Source of the DNA: a virus
Reading direction: 5' to 3' (one strand)
IMG/VR virus record: IMGVR_UViG_3300046004_001116
Coordinates: 21,920 to 85,919 of that record
Length of the DNA stretch: 64,000 bases
Part shown: positions 16,489 through 25,491 of the stretch, one piece after another
Position numbering within the stretch: the stretch's first letter is position 1
How the letters are laid out: every line of letters starts with the position of its first letter
The notes under the pieces: model-generated
Told to the model about the DNA's origin: nothing
Database searches by the model: none
What the model saw: the letters and a program-made list of their open reading frames with translations, nothing else
Translations under genes and position numbers: made by a program

Positions 16489-16845
16489 ATGAAGTAGGTA
16501 CAAACAAAATTCTCCGAAACAAAATTAATCGTTGTCACTAGATCTGATATTTCTCCGGGCTATCAAGTAGTCCAATCAACACACTCAATCGCTGATTTCT
16601 CATATCAGCATCCTGAAGCTTTCCAACAGTGGAAGAATGATTCAAACTCAATCATTTGCCTTTCAGTGCCTTCAGAAGAGAAACTTCTCAAACTATTTAA
16701 TAAATTCGAAAACCGTATACCGGCTACAGCGTTCTATGAACCAGACGTATCCGAATGGACTTCCGTGTGCTTACTTGGCACCCCAGAGATTCGTAAAGCA
16801 CTTTCGCATTTACCGCTATCATTAAAAAACTCCGATGTATTATGA
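16489..16845 (+). CDS. PTH2-like peptidyl-tRNA hydrolase with in-frame TAG at codon 3
   Basis: ATG AAG TAG then an open frame KLIVVTRSDISPGYQVVQSTHS...FYEPD..WTSVC; stop overlaps the next start (ATGA); absent from ORF track. Confidence 0.7.
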
Positions 16846-17267
16846 AAGGAATCTTAAAAGTTAGAAGCTTTGATGCGCTTAAAAAATTAAGTACAAAAAG
16901 AGCTTACGGTAAACACAAAAGATTACATGAAAGAATGAGACATATTCATACGTCTATTCTATTTCTTGAAGAACACAAATTACTTACTGTGGATATGCTA
17001 TGGGATATGTTATGTGTTTACATTAGCTATCAAAGAGAAGCAGGTAAACTTTATTATGTTTACGCTTACGCTAGACCAGATAGTTGGTATAAGACAAACA
17101 ATCGAATATTTACCGAATTTACACCAGAACATGTTGATTCGTATATTAATCATATACTTACAAATGCTTATAGCCATGTAATGAATCTGCCGTATGAACT
17201 ACATAAAAAATACAGAGACATTATCATCGGGAGAGAAAAAGAACTAAAATTAAAAAACAACAATTAA
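16842..17267 (+). CDS. Hypothetical protein
   Basis: ORF track. Confidence 0.65.
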   Translation: MKGILKVRSFDALKKLSTKRAYGKHKRLHERMRHIHTSILFLEEHKLLTVDMLWDMLCVYISYQREAGKLYYVYAYARPDSWYKTNNRIFTEFTPEHVDSYINHILTNAYSHVMNLPYELHKKYRDIIIGREKELKLKNNN

Positions 17268-17277
17268 AACAAACATT

Positions 17278-17571
17278 ATGAAAACACAAGCACAACACAG
17301 ACAAGACGTAGTTAATTATTTAAGATTAACAGCACAACACAAATTCCTAAAAGGGGAAAGTAATTTATTAGGATTAATAGAAACTGCAGATGGAAGTTTC
17401 TTTCGAGTAGACAATGGAACTCCAGTAACATCACAAATTAACATCGATTGGTTTGTAGAGCATTATAAAGGTGATGCTAAAAACGTAATCAAAAACCAAA
17501 TCTTTTTTCATGGCCATGGTTACACTAGTATTAAAAGAAAATATTATGAAAAGTTGTTAGCCGCTAAATAA
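17278..17571 (+). CDS. Hypothetical protein
   Basis: ORF track. Confidence 0.65.
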   Translation: MKTQAQHRQDVVNYLRLTAQHKFLKGESNLLGLIETADGSFFRVDNGTPVTSQINIDWFVEHYKGDAKNVIKNQIFFHGHGYTSIKRKYYEKLLAAK

Positions 17572-17622
17572 AACTAAAGATAACTCCTGAATATAAATAC
17601 TCAATAAAATAAAACACAGACT

Positions 17623-17901
17623 ATGAACAAAGTAATTAAATTCTCAGCAGATTGGTGTGGACCATGCAAAGTATACAAACCAAACTATATAAAATTTGCT
17701 GAACAAGTTAGTGGAGATGGAAAGGACATTGATGTGCTTGATCTTGATGTAGATAAAAATTCAGATGAGGCAAGTAAATACGGAGTAAGATCTATCCCAC
17801 TTACACTTTTTATTAAAGATGGTGAAGTTGTTGATAAAATCAGCGGTGTAATACCAACAAGTGCATTACTTGACAAATATGCAGCAGTTTATCAGAATTA
17901 A
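17623..17901 (+). CDS. trxA: Thioredoxin
   Basis: FSADWCGPCK and GVRSIP. Confidence 0.9.
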   Translation: MNKVIKFSADWCGPCKVYKPNYIKFAEQVSGDGKDIDVLDLDVDKNSDEASKYGVRSIPLTLFIKDGEVVDKISGVIPTSALLDKYAAVYQN

Positions 17902-17925
17902 AATACTTTTAAAGAATTAGAAATC

Positions 17926-17949
17926 AGGGACCAAAAGGTCCCTTTTTTT
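17926..17949 (+). terminator. Intrinsic terminator
   Basis: agggacc-aaaa-ggtccct plus U-run. Confidence 0.85.
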
Positions 17950-17996
17950 GACATCTCAAATGATAAATACTGTAACTAAAATAACTCAGTATTCAT

Positions 17997-18284
17997 ATGG
18001 GACAAAAAGAAAACGTGTTTAAAAGAATATTCACCTGGTTAGGTGGTGTCTTACAAGACGAAACGGGAACTCCGTCATCAAAAAGAGTAGTAGGGCTTTT
18101 ATGTGGTGTTACTCTATGTATTACTTTATATGCAAACAGCTTCTCACATGGAGATATTAAACCATCAGACATATTGGTTGAAGCAGTTACTGCTTTAGCT
18201 TTTGGTTGTTTAGGATTATCTTCAATTGACAAAATTTGGGGTAAAAAGAAAACAGAACCTGCTGCTGAAGAACCTGCTGAATAA
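17997..18284 (+). CDS. Small two-TM membrane protein (holin-like)
   Basis: SSKRV followed by two hydrophobic segments and a charged tail. Confidence 0.55.
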   Translation: MGQKENVFKRIFTWLGGVLQDETGTPSSKRVVGLLCGVTLCITLYANSFSHGDIKPSDILVEAVTALAFGCLGLSSIDKIWGKKKTEPAAEEPAE

Positions 18285-18541
18285 GTAAACTTAAAATTAT
18301 CCTTAAAACAATGTCAGACCAACTACGAATAGAGTTGGACATAATCATAGTTTTAATGAAAGCAGGTATTCCTGCAGACATAGCAAGAATTATGGCCAGA
18401 CAGATAATGATTGATAGCACTACAGCATAGTTTTTAACAATTAGAAAAAAAGTTTAAAAAAATGTAAAAATGCAAAAACTATCTGAAATGATATGTATAA
18501 ATATACTATAAATTAATTACAATAATACGTTCTTACAATAC

Positions 18542-18781
18542 TTTGTCATCTCGAAGCGGTCATCAGAGTTACATCAAACTATAACTATGACAGCCAATTC
18601 TTTAAAAACGCAGTAGGTGTAAAAGCCTAACCGTTTTAGAGATCCTACCGTCTTTTACCTCTACAGGCCAGGCGGCTATCGCAAGATAGGAAATCAGTAG
18701 ATCGGTGATCCACTTAATATCGGATCGACTCGCGCACGTAAGGCGCAATCCTTTGAGGAGAAATTCTCGGGCACTGACAAA
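18542..18781 (+). ncRNA. Long Y-RNA-like element (about 240 nt) with multi-helix insert
   Basis: tttgtca/tgacaaa ends; CGAAGCGG..GAGTTACATC..ATTCTCG motif; upstream of Ro60. Confidence 0.7.
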
Positions 18782-18797
18782 TTGCATACAAAACATA

Positions 18798-18871
18798 ACC
18801 GACGCGGAGATAGGAGTTACATCAAACTTTAAGCAAAATTCGAACAAACGCTCCTTTCTAATATTCTCGGT
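18798..18871 (+). ncRNA. Short Y-RNA-like element in the Ro60 leader
   Basis: accga/tcggt stem; GACGCGG..GGAGTTACATC..CTCC..TAATATTCTC. Confidence 0.7.
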
Positions 18872-18909
18872 CATTTTGAAATTTCTTGCCACATTGGCAT
18901 TTCTATAAT

Positions 18910-18946
18910 GACGAGTATCGCTTCACAGCTTTACTCGTCTTTTTTT
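18910..18946 (+). terminator. Terminator between the Y RNAs and the Ro60 gene
   Basis: gacgagta/tactcgtc stem plus U7, about 25 nt before the ATG. Confidence 0.8.
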
Positions 18947-18970
18947 GTTTAATAACTAAAACCAATTATA

Positions 18971-20593
18971 ATGAGCAGATTAACACCTTATTCAGACAAA
19001 AGAACAGCTACATCTAATGAAGCTTATTCTACCGTAGTGGAAAACTACATGGGCGGAAACTCTTTTAACGTTTCTCCGCTTGCAACTCTTAAAATTGTAA
19101 CCGCAAGTTCAATCTTTGGAGAACCAAGATATTACCAAGACGGTATAGGATCTTCTAAAACTATTAAGAATCATTCAACTCTTATGGAGTATGATATCTT
19201 TAGTGATGGGGTGAAAGATAACCGAAGTGTAGTGGATGTATTTACTTCTGCAATTGACAATGCATTAGACTTTGACTTCAAAGCAACATTGGATTTTGCA
19301 TTAGAACTACGTACAGAATACTTCATGCGTCTTAACCCAGCGGTTATCTTTGTTCGTGCTTCACAGCATCCAAACAGAGTTGCGTTTAATGAAGCTAATC
19401 CAGGCTACATGAAATCTATCGGAAAAGCAATCGCTTTAAGACCTGATGACGTAACAAACCAATTGGATTACTACATGTTCTTAAACGGTTCTAAGAAAGG
19501 TTTGCCTTCTTTACTTAAAAGAACTTGGGCTGATACTCTTGAGTCATTCTCTAGATATCAATTAAACAAATATAAAGGTAAAAGTCTTATTGACCTTGTA
19601 AGAATCTCACACGCAAGTAACGATGATATTACTGAGTTAATGAAGACAGGAACAATTAAAGTTACATCATCTGAACAAACTTGGGAAAGTTTAAAGAGTG
19701 CTGGAAAAACTTGGGTTGAGATTCTTGACACAATTAAAGTTCCTCACATGGCTCTTTTAAGAAACCTTCGTGGAATCTTTACAGAAATCAATGATGCGGC
19801 TATTGCGGCTAAAGTTCTTGAGCAATTGGAATCTGGTGTTTTATACGGAAAGCAATTTCCTTTTAGATACTGGAGTGCTTTTAAAGCAATTCAATCCGCG
19901 GACGTTAATCACTCTGGATTAATTAAAGACAGTCTTGAAAAATGTATGGACCTTGCGGTTGCTAACATGCCAAAACTTGACGGTCGAGTAATGTCTCTTT
20001 GTGATAACTCAGGTTCTGCTTGGGGATCTCTTAATTCAGAATACGGTTCTGTTACAGTGGCAGAGATTGCCAACTTGTCAGCAATCATTACTGCACAACA
20101 ATCTGCGGAAGGTTATGTAGGAGTATTTGGTGACAGACTTAAAACTCGTTCTATCTCTAAAAGAAATGGTCTTTTAACTCAGTTAAATGAATCAAACACT
20201 GAAGGAAGAGGAATTGGTGGAGGAACTGAAAACGGAATTTGGTTATTCTGGGATAAAGCAATCAAGGATAAACAACACTGGGACACCGTGTTTATCTATT
20301 CTGATATGCAAGCAGGTCACGGAAACCTTTACGGCACAAACGAAAGAGACTATGCAGAGTTTGCGCACAAACGTTCTAACCGATACATTGATGTACTTGC
20401 ATTAGTGGAAAAATATAGAAAAACTGTTAATCCAAAAGTTAACGTTTTCTCAGTACAAGTTGCTGGGTACGATAATACAGTACTTCCTGAAAACTTATAC
20501 CGTGGTGCAATCTTAGCAGGGTGGACGGGTAAAGAATGTCACTATGCCGACGCTGTTATAAAAGCTTGGAATGAAATAGAGAATCAAAAATAA
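18971..20593 (+). CDS. rsr: Ro60/TROVE-domain RNA-binding protein with vWA domain
   Basis: MALLRNLR, QFPFRYWSA, DNSGS MIDAS motif, GGGTE, IYSDMQ; flanked by Y RNAs. Confidence 0.9.
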   Translation: MSRLTPYSDKRTATSNEAYSTVVENYMGGNSFNVSPLATLKIVTASSIFGEPRYYQDGIGSSKTIKNHSTLMEYDIFSDGVKDNRSVVDVFTSAIDNALDFDFKATLDFALELRTEYFMRLNPAVIFVRASQHPNRVAFNEANPGYMKSIGKAIALRPDDVTNQLDYYMFLNGSKKGLPSLLKRTWADTLESFSRYQLNKYKGKSLIDLVRISHASNDDITELMKTGTIKVTSSEQTWESLKSAGKTWVEILDTIKVPHMALLRNLRGIFTEINDAAIAAKVLEQLESGVLYGKQFPFRYWSAFKAIQSADVNHSGLIKDSLEKCMDLAVANMPKLDGRVMSLCDNSGSAWGSLNSEYGSVTVAEIANLSAIITAQQSAEGYVGVFGDRLKTRSISKRNGLLTQLNESNTEGRGIGGGTENGIWLFWDKAIKDKQHWDTVFIYSDMQAGHGNLYGTNERDYAEFAHKRSNRYIDVLALVEKYRKTVNPKVNVFSVQVAGYDNTVLPENLYRGAILAGWTGKECHYADAVIKAWNEIENQK

Positions 20594-20596
20594 ATT

Positions 20597-20621
20597 AAAG
20601 GAGCTTCGGCTCCTTTCTTTT
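20597..20621 (+). terminator. Intrinsic terminator
   Basis: aaggagc-ttcg-gctcctt plus U-rich tail. Confidence 0.8.
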
Positions 20622-20667
20622 GCATATATAAGTACTTAACCTAATGATATATAAAATAAACAAAATT

Positions 20668-21561
20668 ATGTATCATTACGTCTATAAAGTAAAAGATCCT
20701 ATTACTAAAGAATATTACATAGGTAGTAGAAGTTGCAACTGTTTACCGTCTGAAGACACTAGTTATAAAGGGTCTATGAAAACTTGGATTCCTAATAATT
20801 ATGTTTTTTTAGAAAAAGAAATCTTACAAGAAGATTTTGAAAGCAGAGAAGATGCGCTTATCTTTGAAAGCAGCTTGATAGGAAAACATATTAAAGATGC
20901 ATTAAATAGAAATTACGCTCAACCTGGACCAAAATTTCATACAGTGGGTAAAGACTGTTCTGGTGAACTTAATGGCTTTCATAATAAAAATCATGATGAG
21001 GCTACAAAAATAAAAATTGGGCGCTCAGGTAATCTTAATGCTGCATTTGGAAAAAAGTGGATTCATAAAGACGGCCAACGAAAATTTATTAAGAAAGAAG
21101 ATTTAAACACTTACATTAATGCTGGTTGGTCTTTAGGTAATCTTATTTTAAATAATCCACTTAAAGAGACAAGAATTTGGATAACTGATGGATCTGCTAA
21201 CAAATATGTTAAAGAAAATGAATTAAATTTGCCTGATGGTTGGAGAATAGGAAAGACTTATTCAAATGAGGCTAAAGAAAAATTTGGTAACCAGCTTTCT
21301 AAAAGTAGAACTAAAGCTATACAGAATACAAAAGAAGTAACATCTAATACTGTTTGGATGAATGATGGCTTAAAGAATCATCGAATAAAACTATTTAATG
21401 TTGAAGAATATAAAACTAAAGGATTTAATATGGGAAGACTAAATTATGAACCGTGGAATAAAGGCTTACCGCGAGTATCTGGCGCTGGTAGACAACCAAA
21501 AGAACCAGTGTATGCTAAAGCTATTATCGATGCTTGGGACTCTATTGAAAACAAACAATAA
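20668..21561 (+). CDS. Free-standing GIY-YIG homing endonuclease
   Basis: YVYKV..YYIGSR, Y.GS, NUMOD-like NGFHNKNH..ATK.KI and repeated W-I-x-D-G modules. Confidence 0.75.
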   Translation: MYHYVYKVKDPITKEYYIGSRSCNCLPSEDTSYKGSMKTWIPNNYVFLEKEILQEDFESREDALIFESSLIGKHIKDALNRNYAQPGPKFHTVGKDCSGELNGFHNKNHDEATKIKIGRSGNLNAAFGKKWIHKDGQRKFIKKEDLNTYINAGWSLGNLILNNPLKETRIWITDGSANKYVKENELNLPDGWRIGKTYSNEAKEKFGNQLSKSRTKAIQNTKEVTSNTVWMNDGLKNHRIKLFNVEEYKTKGFNMGRLNYEPWNKGLPRVSGAGRQPKEPVYAKAIIDAWDSIENKQ

Positions 21562-21788
21562 TGATTAGACAGCAACTCTACAGAAATGGGGAGGACTTAT
21601 ATCTTATCCTACGCGAGGTAGAAATATCTCGCTTGTTGGATAAAGCTGGTCAGATTAGAGGTGACGCCTTTAATGCTCTCAAAGATTACTTAGGATCTGA
21701 TAAGGTTCTTAAGAATCAATCCCACTTTTTGTTTTGTGAAACAGTGCAAGAAGCTAATTGGGAAGACATTACAGATACAAATGATTAA
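21561..21788 (+). CDS. Hypothetical protein
   Basis: ORF track. Confidence 0.65.
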   Translation: MIRQQLYRNGEDLYLILREVEISRLLDKAGQIRGDAFNALKDYLGSDKVLKNQSHFLFCETVQEANWEDITDTND

Positions 21789-21790
21789 AA

Positions 21791-21814
21791 AAAGAGCCTT
21801 CGGGCTCTTTTTTT
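21791..21814 (+). terminator. Intrinsic terminator
   Basis: aaagagcc-ttcg-ggctcttt plus U-run. Confidence 0.85.
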
Positions 21815-21963
21815 AGCTTACCATGAAACTTTATTCTTAAGCATGTATATATAATTAAATTCTGGGGAGCCAAACTTAGGCTTGCTTCGGGTGTCACAGC
21901 CTTGGAATATTCATACGTGGATATAAAGAAGTAAGAGTAATCAAAAACAACCAGACAACTATT

Positions 21964-22725
21964 ATGACAATAACAACTACTGCCACTAGTGGCACATGTG
22001 GTCTTAGCATCACAACCAACAGAAACCGTGTGAAAGAATACGGTTCTAATGTGTATTTAAGAGACGGACAAAAGTTCGAAATTGAATTACACAACCCTCA
22101 CACTTACAAAGTATTAGCAAAAATTAAACTTAATGGCTATTACATTTCTACAAGTGGGTTAGTCCTTAACCCAGGCCAACGAGTATTCTTGGAAAGATTC
22201 ATTGACAAAGATGAAAGTTTTATCTTCTCAACTTATGATGTTGATGGCACTCCTGAATCTAAAGCGGCAATTGCTTACAATGGTGATGTTGAAGTAGAGT
22301 ACTATGCTCAATACATACCAAGCAATTTGAGTTTAGGTAATTGGAACACAGGACAAACTTACACTTACTTTAACGGTAAAACTACAACTGACCTTAACAA
22401 CACTTTTTATTGTTCATCAAATATCTCTAACACAGCAGGGATTTCAAGTGTAACACAGGATAGTTTTTCTTTTAATGCTTCAAACACATTATCAGAACCT
22501 GTAGAAACTGGAAGAATTGATGGCGGTAAGAAAACAGGACAAAAATTTGGAACATCAAATGATTCATTTAATTCTTGGGTGTTTGAGACTAAGAAAATGA
22601 AAATCATGCCTATTTCAGCTAAACCTGTTGAAGTAAGTGAACTTCGTAACTACTGCACTAACTGCGGAACAAGAGCGAAAAAAGCATCATGGAAATTCTG
22701 TCCATCTTGCGGAACTAAAATGTAA
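21964..22725 (+). CDS. Hypothetical protein with C-terminal zinc ribbon
   Basis: CTNCG...FCPSCG. Confidence 0.7.
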   Translation: MTITTTATSGTCGLSITTNRNRVKEYGSNVYLRDGQKFEIELHNPHTYKVLAKIKLNGYYISTSGLVLNPGQRVFLERFIDKDESFIFSTYDVDGTPESKAAIAYNGDVEVEYYAQYIPSNLSLGNWNTGQTYTYFNGKTTTDLNNTFYCSSNISNTAGISSVTQDSFSFNASNTLSEPVETGRIDGGKKTGQKFGTSNDSFNSWVFETKKMKIMPISAKPVEVSELRNYCTNCGTRAKKASWKFCPSCGTKM

Positions 22726-22797
22726 AAAACTGGGTTGGCTCCCTTAATTTTTTATCTTAAAAGTCTAAGAATATATACCAAAAATATAATGTAAAAG

Positions 22798-23541
22798 ATG
22801 AATAAGAATCAATTCTTTAACAAACATAAATTCCAGCAAATACCTCAACAAGAACTTGACAGAAAATGGCGAGTTTTTAATGAGCAAGAAATGTTTAATA
22901 ACATGAGTGCTCCTGCAACTGCTTTTGGCGGCGGCGGTATTAGTGATACTGAACCACCAGTACCTTCTTGTATTGATGGCTGGATGACTACAAATCTAGA
23001 TGTAATTGCTTTTAGAGACGGCTATCCAATATTACAAGCATTAGATGCTTTAGAATGGACAGACGCTAATAACAGCCTTATTCCAGTATGGTGTTACTAT
23101 AATTTCGATTCTAATACAGGTCCAACTTACGGAAAACTTTATAATTACTATGTTGTTGAAGAATCATTAATAAGAGGAATTGGGCCTGCTGGGTATGCTG
23201 TTCCGTCAGAAGAGGATTGGACTATCTTAGAGAATTGTTTAGGAGGTAATGAAATTGCTGGTGGTAAATTAAAAACAACAGGAACTTCTGACGATACTGG
23301 ATTATGGTTACCTCCAAATTCAGGAGCAACTGATGAAGTTGGATTCTCCGGTATACCTAGCGGATATATGTCAGATGGCGGAGTTGCTGGGAATCTGAAA
23401 TCTCGAGGAAGTTTTTGGACAACTACTGAAGTTTCTGAAACCATAGCAATGGTTATGAACTTAAATTATAATAGTACTGCTGTTTATCACGGTCCAGATA
23501 CTAAAAGTAAAGGATATTCTATTAGATTGAAAACTATTTAA
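22798..23541 (+). CDS. FISUMP (Fibrobacter succinogenes major domain) protein
   Basis: WMTTNL, YGKLYN, P.G..VPS.EDW..L, GFSGIPSG, GYSIR. Confidence 0.8.
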   Translation: MNKNQFFNKHKFQQIPQQELDRKWRVFNEQEMFNNMSAPATAFGGGGISDTEPPVPSCIDGWMTTNLDVIAFRDGYPILQALDALEWTDANNSLIPVWCYYNFDSNTGPTYGKLYNYYVVEESLIRGIGPAGYAVPSEEDWTILENCLGGNEIAGGKLKTTGTSDDTGLWLPPNSGATDEVGFSGIPSGYMSDGGVAGNLKSRGSFWTTTEVSETIAMVMNLNYNSTAVYHGPDTKSKGYSIRLKTI

Positions 23542-23804
23542 TTTGTATTGAATATAACTATCAAATAAAAATAATACCACAGAAATTCTTTTGAGAGGTT
23601 ACTCCGTTGCTAAACCCTGACGGACTTAATCGTTAAACTTAAATAAACATATCGGAAATCGCTAATGTGCAAGTTCTTGCAATACTGCCAGTCCTTTCCC
23701 TGTTTAAATTTGTGTTTACTCATCACAGCAACATGATGCTGGAAATAGTCAAGAGTAAAGGGATATGAGACTATTGGGAATTTCTTTTTTAACATATACA
23801 TACC

Positions 23805-24152
23805 ATGATACAAGAAGAAAGAGTTATACTTACACTTGCTGATATTGCTGAAGAATTTGATGTAGTAGAAAATGAAGAAATAGTTTTTGCTGAAGAGCTT
23901 GAACATATTGGTGCAAAAAATGCATCTGAAGTATTTTTTATTGGTATAATGGAAGATGACATCAATGAAGGTGAATTCATATCTGAAACTGAGACAGAAA
24001 CTATAAAAGGTTCAGACATTTACGGATTAATTGGATTAAATGATTGTTTTGTAACTAAAGGCAAAATTAAAGGATATCCAGCATTTAAAGTATATGATGG
24101 AATAAGCGAATTTGTTTTCGCAGGTCCAGATTTTAAATTGAATCTTCTATAA
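23805..24152 (+). CDS. Acidic hypothetical protein
   Basis: ORF track. Confidence 0.6.
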   Translation: MIQEERVILTLADIAEEFDVVENEEIVFAEELEHIGAKNASEVFFIGIMEDDINEGEFISETETETIKGSDIYGLIGLNDCFVTKGKIKGYPAFKVYDGISEFVFAGPDFKLNLL

Positions 24153-24159
24153 AATATAT

Positions 24160-24232
24160 TGCGGGGTAGAGCAGTTGGTAGCTCAGTGGGCTCATAACCC
24201 AAAGGTCGCAGGTTCGAGTCCTGCCCCCGCTA
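24160..24232 (+). tRNA. Initiator tRNA-fMet(CAT)
   Basis: Unpaired 1-72, GGG/CCC anticodon stem, loop ctcataa. Confidence 0.9.
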
Positions 24233-24251
24233 CTAACTTAAATTATTAAAA

Positions 24252-24422
24252 ATGGCGACAGCAGCTAAAAGATCGAGACAGGCAAGGGTTTTAGAAGTCT
24301 TAGAGAAGCAACTCAAAAGCGGTGTAAAAACTGAAAAGAAAACCACTGATGTGAAAGTTCCCTTAACCGAACATGACATCAAAAGAATTAAGAAAGAAAT
24401 TGAAATACTACAAGGTAAGTAA
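24252..24422 (+). CDS. Small basic hypothetical protein (56 aa)
   Basis: A-rich start context, open frame to TAA. Confidence 0.55.
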   Translation: MATAAKRSRQARVLEVLEKQLKSGVKTEKKTTDVKVPLTEHDIKRIKKEIEILQGK

Positions 24423-24443
24423 TTTCTTGGATATATAATTTAA

Positions 24444-24561
24444 GAGAGAGTAGCTCAGGTAGTAGAGCAAATCCTAGTAGTGCAACATTAGATAAGTTCT
24501 CGAGATTAGTCTATACGCAACAAACCCGATCGTGCCGCCGATGCAAGTCCGGCCTCTCTCT
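24444..24561 (+). ncRNA. tRNA-shaped RNA with substituted anticodon region
   Basis: gagagag/ctctctc acceptor, tagctcag..agagc D-arm, degenerate T-arm. Confidence 0.5.
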
Positions 24562-24628
24562 TAAATTGTTAATAACTTAAGACCTGCAAATTTTTATTTG
24601 TAGGTTTTTTTGTTTAATTTTATATACT

Positions 24629-25444
24629 ATGAAAACAATAAAAACATACAGCATTGGTGATATCCACGGTAGAAACGATTGGATGTACTTTACACACGGA
24701 TCTCCTGTAGATTTTGAAACCTGGAGAACTCACGTAGAAGCTAGCGGCGGGCCAGATGGATATGCTGACTTTGACCAACCTGACTGGCATAACTATACAA
24801 TGTATGACAAGATCATATTCGTTGGTGATTATGTAGATTCTTTTACTGTCTCTAACTTGGAGATTAAAAAGAATCTTGAGGATATCATTTTCTTTAAGAA
24901 GACTTGTCCTGACAAAGTAGTTCTTCTTTTAGGAAATCATGACATATCTTACATTGTGCCTAATCAAGAATGTTCTGGGTTTAGATCTACTATGAAATGG
25001 GATTTAGCTGACATCTTTACTAAAAACGCTAATCTTTTTAAACTTGCTCATCAGATTGGTAATGTTCTTTGGACACATGCAGGTGTAACTGTTGGTTGGT
25101 GGAAAGAATTTGAAAAAGAGATGTATGATCCAAAGAATAGATTCATTGACGTTGCTAGAGATAACATGGGTGCAAACTTTGCGGACTTACTTAATCTTGG
25201 ATGGGATATGAAACTCGAAAGCATTTATAACGTAGATCATATCTCTGGCGGGTTTCAAATGTGGGCAGGGCCTCTTTGGGTTAGACCTCATGTTTTAAAT
25301 AAAAATGCTATGGGCGGTATCAAGCAAATTGTAGGTCATACACCACAAGCGGCTATTTGGGAATGTGAAAACGTAGTTTACATTGACTGCTTAGAGCACG
25401 GTGGTGATTCTGGTGATTGCTATGCACTTGATGTAGTAGTATAA
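24629..25444 (+). CDS. Calcineurin-like metallophosphoesterase
   Basis: GDIHG, GDYVD, GNHD, THAG, GHT. Confidence 0.85.
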   Translation: MKTIKTYSIGDIHGRNDWMYFTHGSPVDFETWRTHVEASGGPDGYADFDQPDWHNYTMYDKIIFVGDYVDSFTVSNLEIKKNLEDIIFFKKTCPDKVVLLLGNHDISYIVPNQECSGFRSTMKWDLADIFTKNANLFKLAHQIGNVLWTHAGVTVGWWKEFEKEMYDPKNRFIDVARDNMGANFADLLNLGWDMKLESIYNVDHISGGFQMWAGPLWVRPHVLNKNAMGGIKQIVGHTPQAAIWECENVVYIDCLEHGGDSGDCYALDVVV

Positions 25445-25491
25445 GAACTTTCGGGTTGCTCATGTATATAAGTTTAATAAACTAACGATAC

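Noticed and set aside
18602-18908. ORFs 18602-18892(-) and 18705-18908(+)
   Set aside because: They overlap the structured Y-RNA and terminator region and show no protein features.
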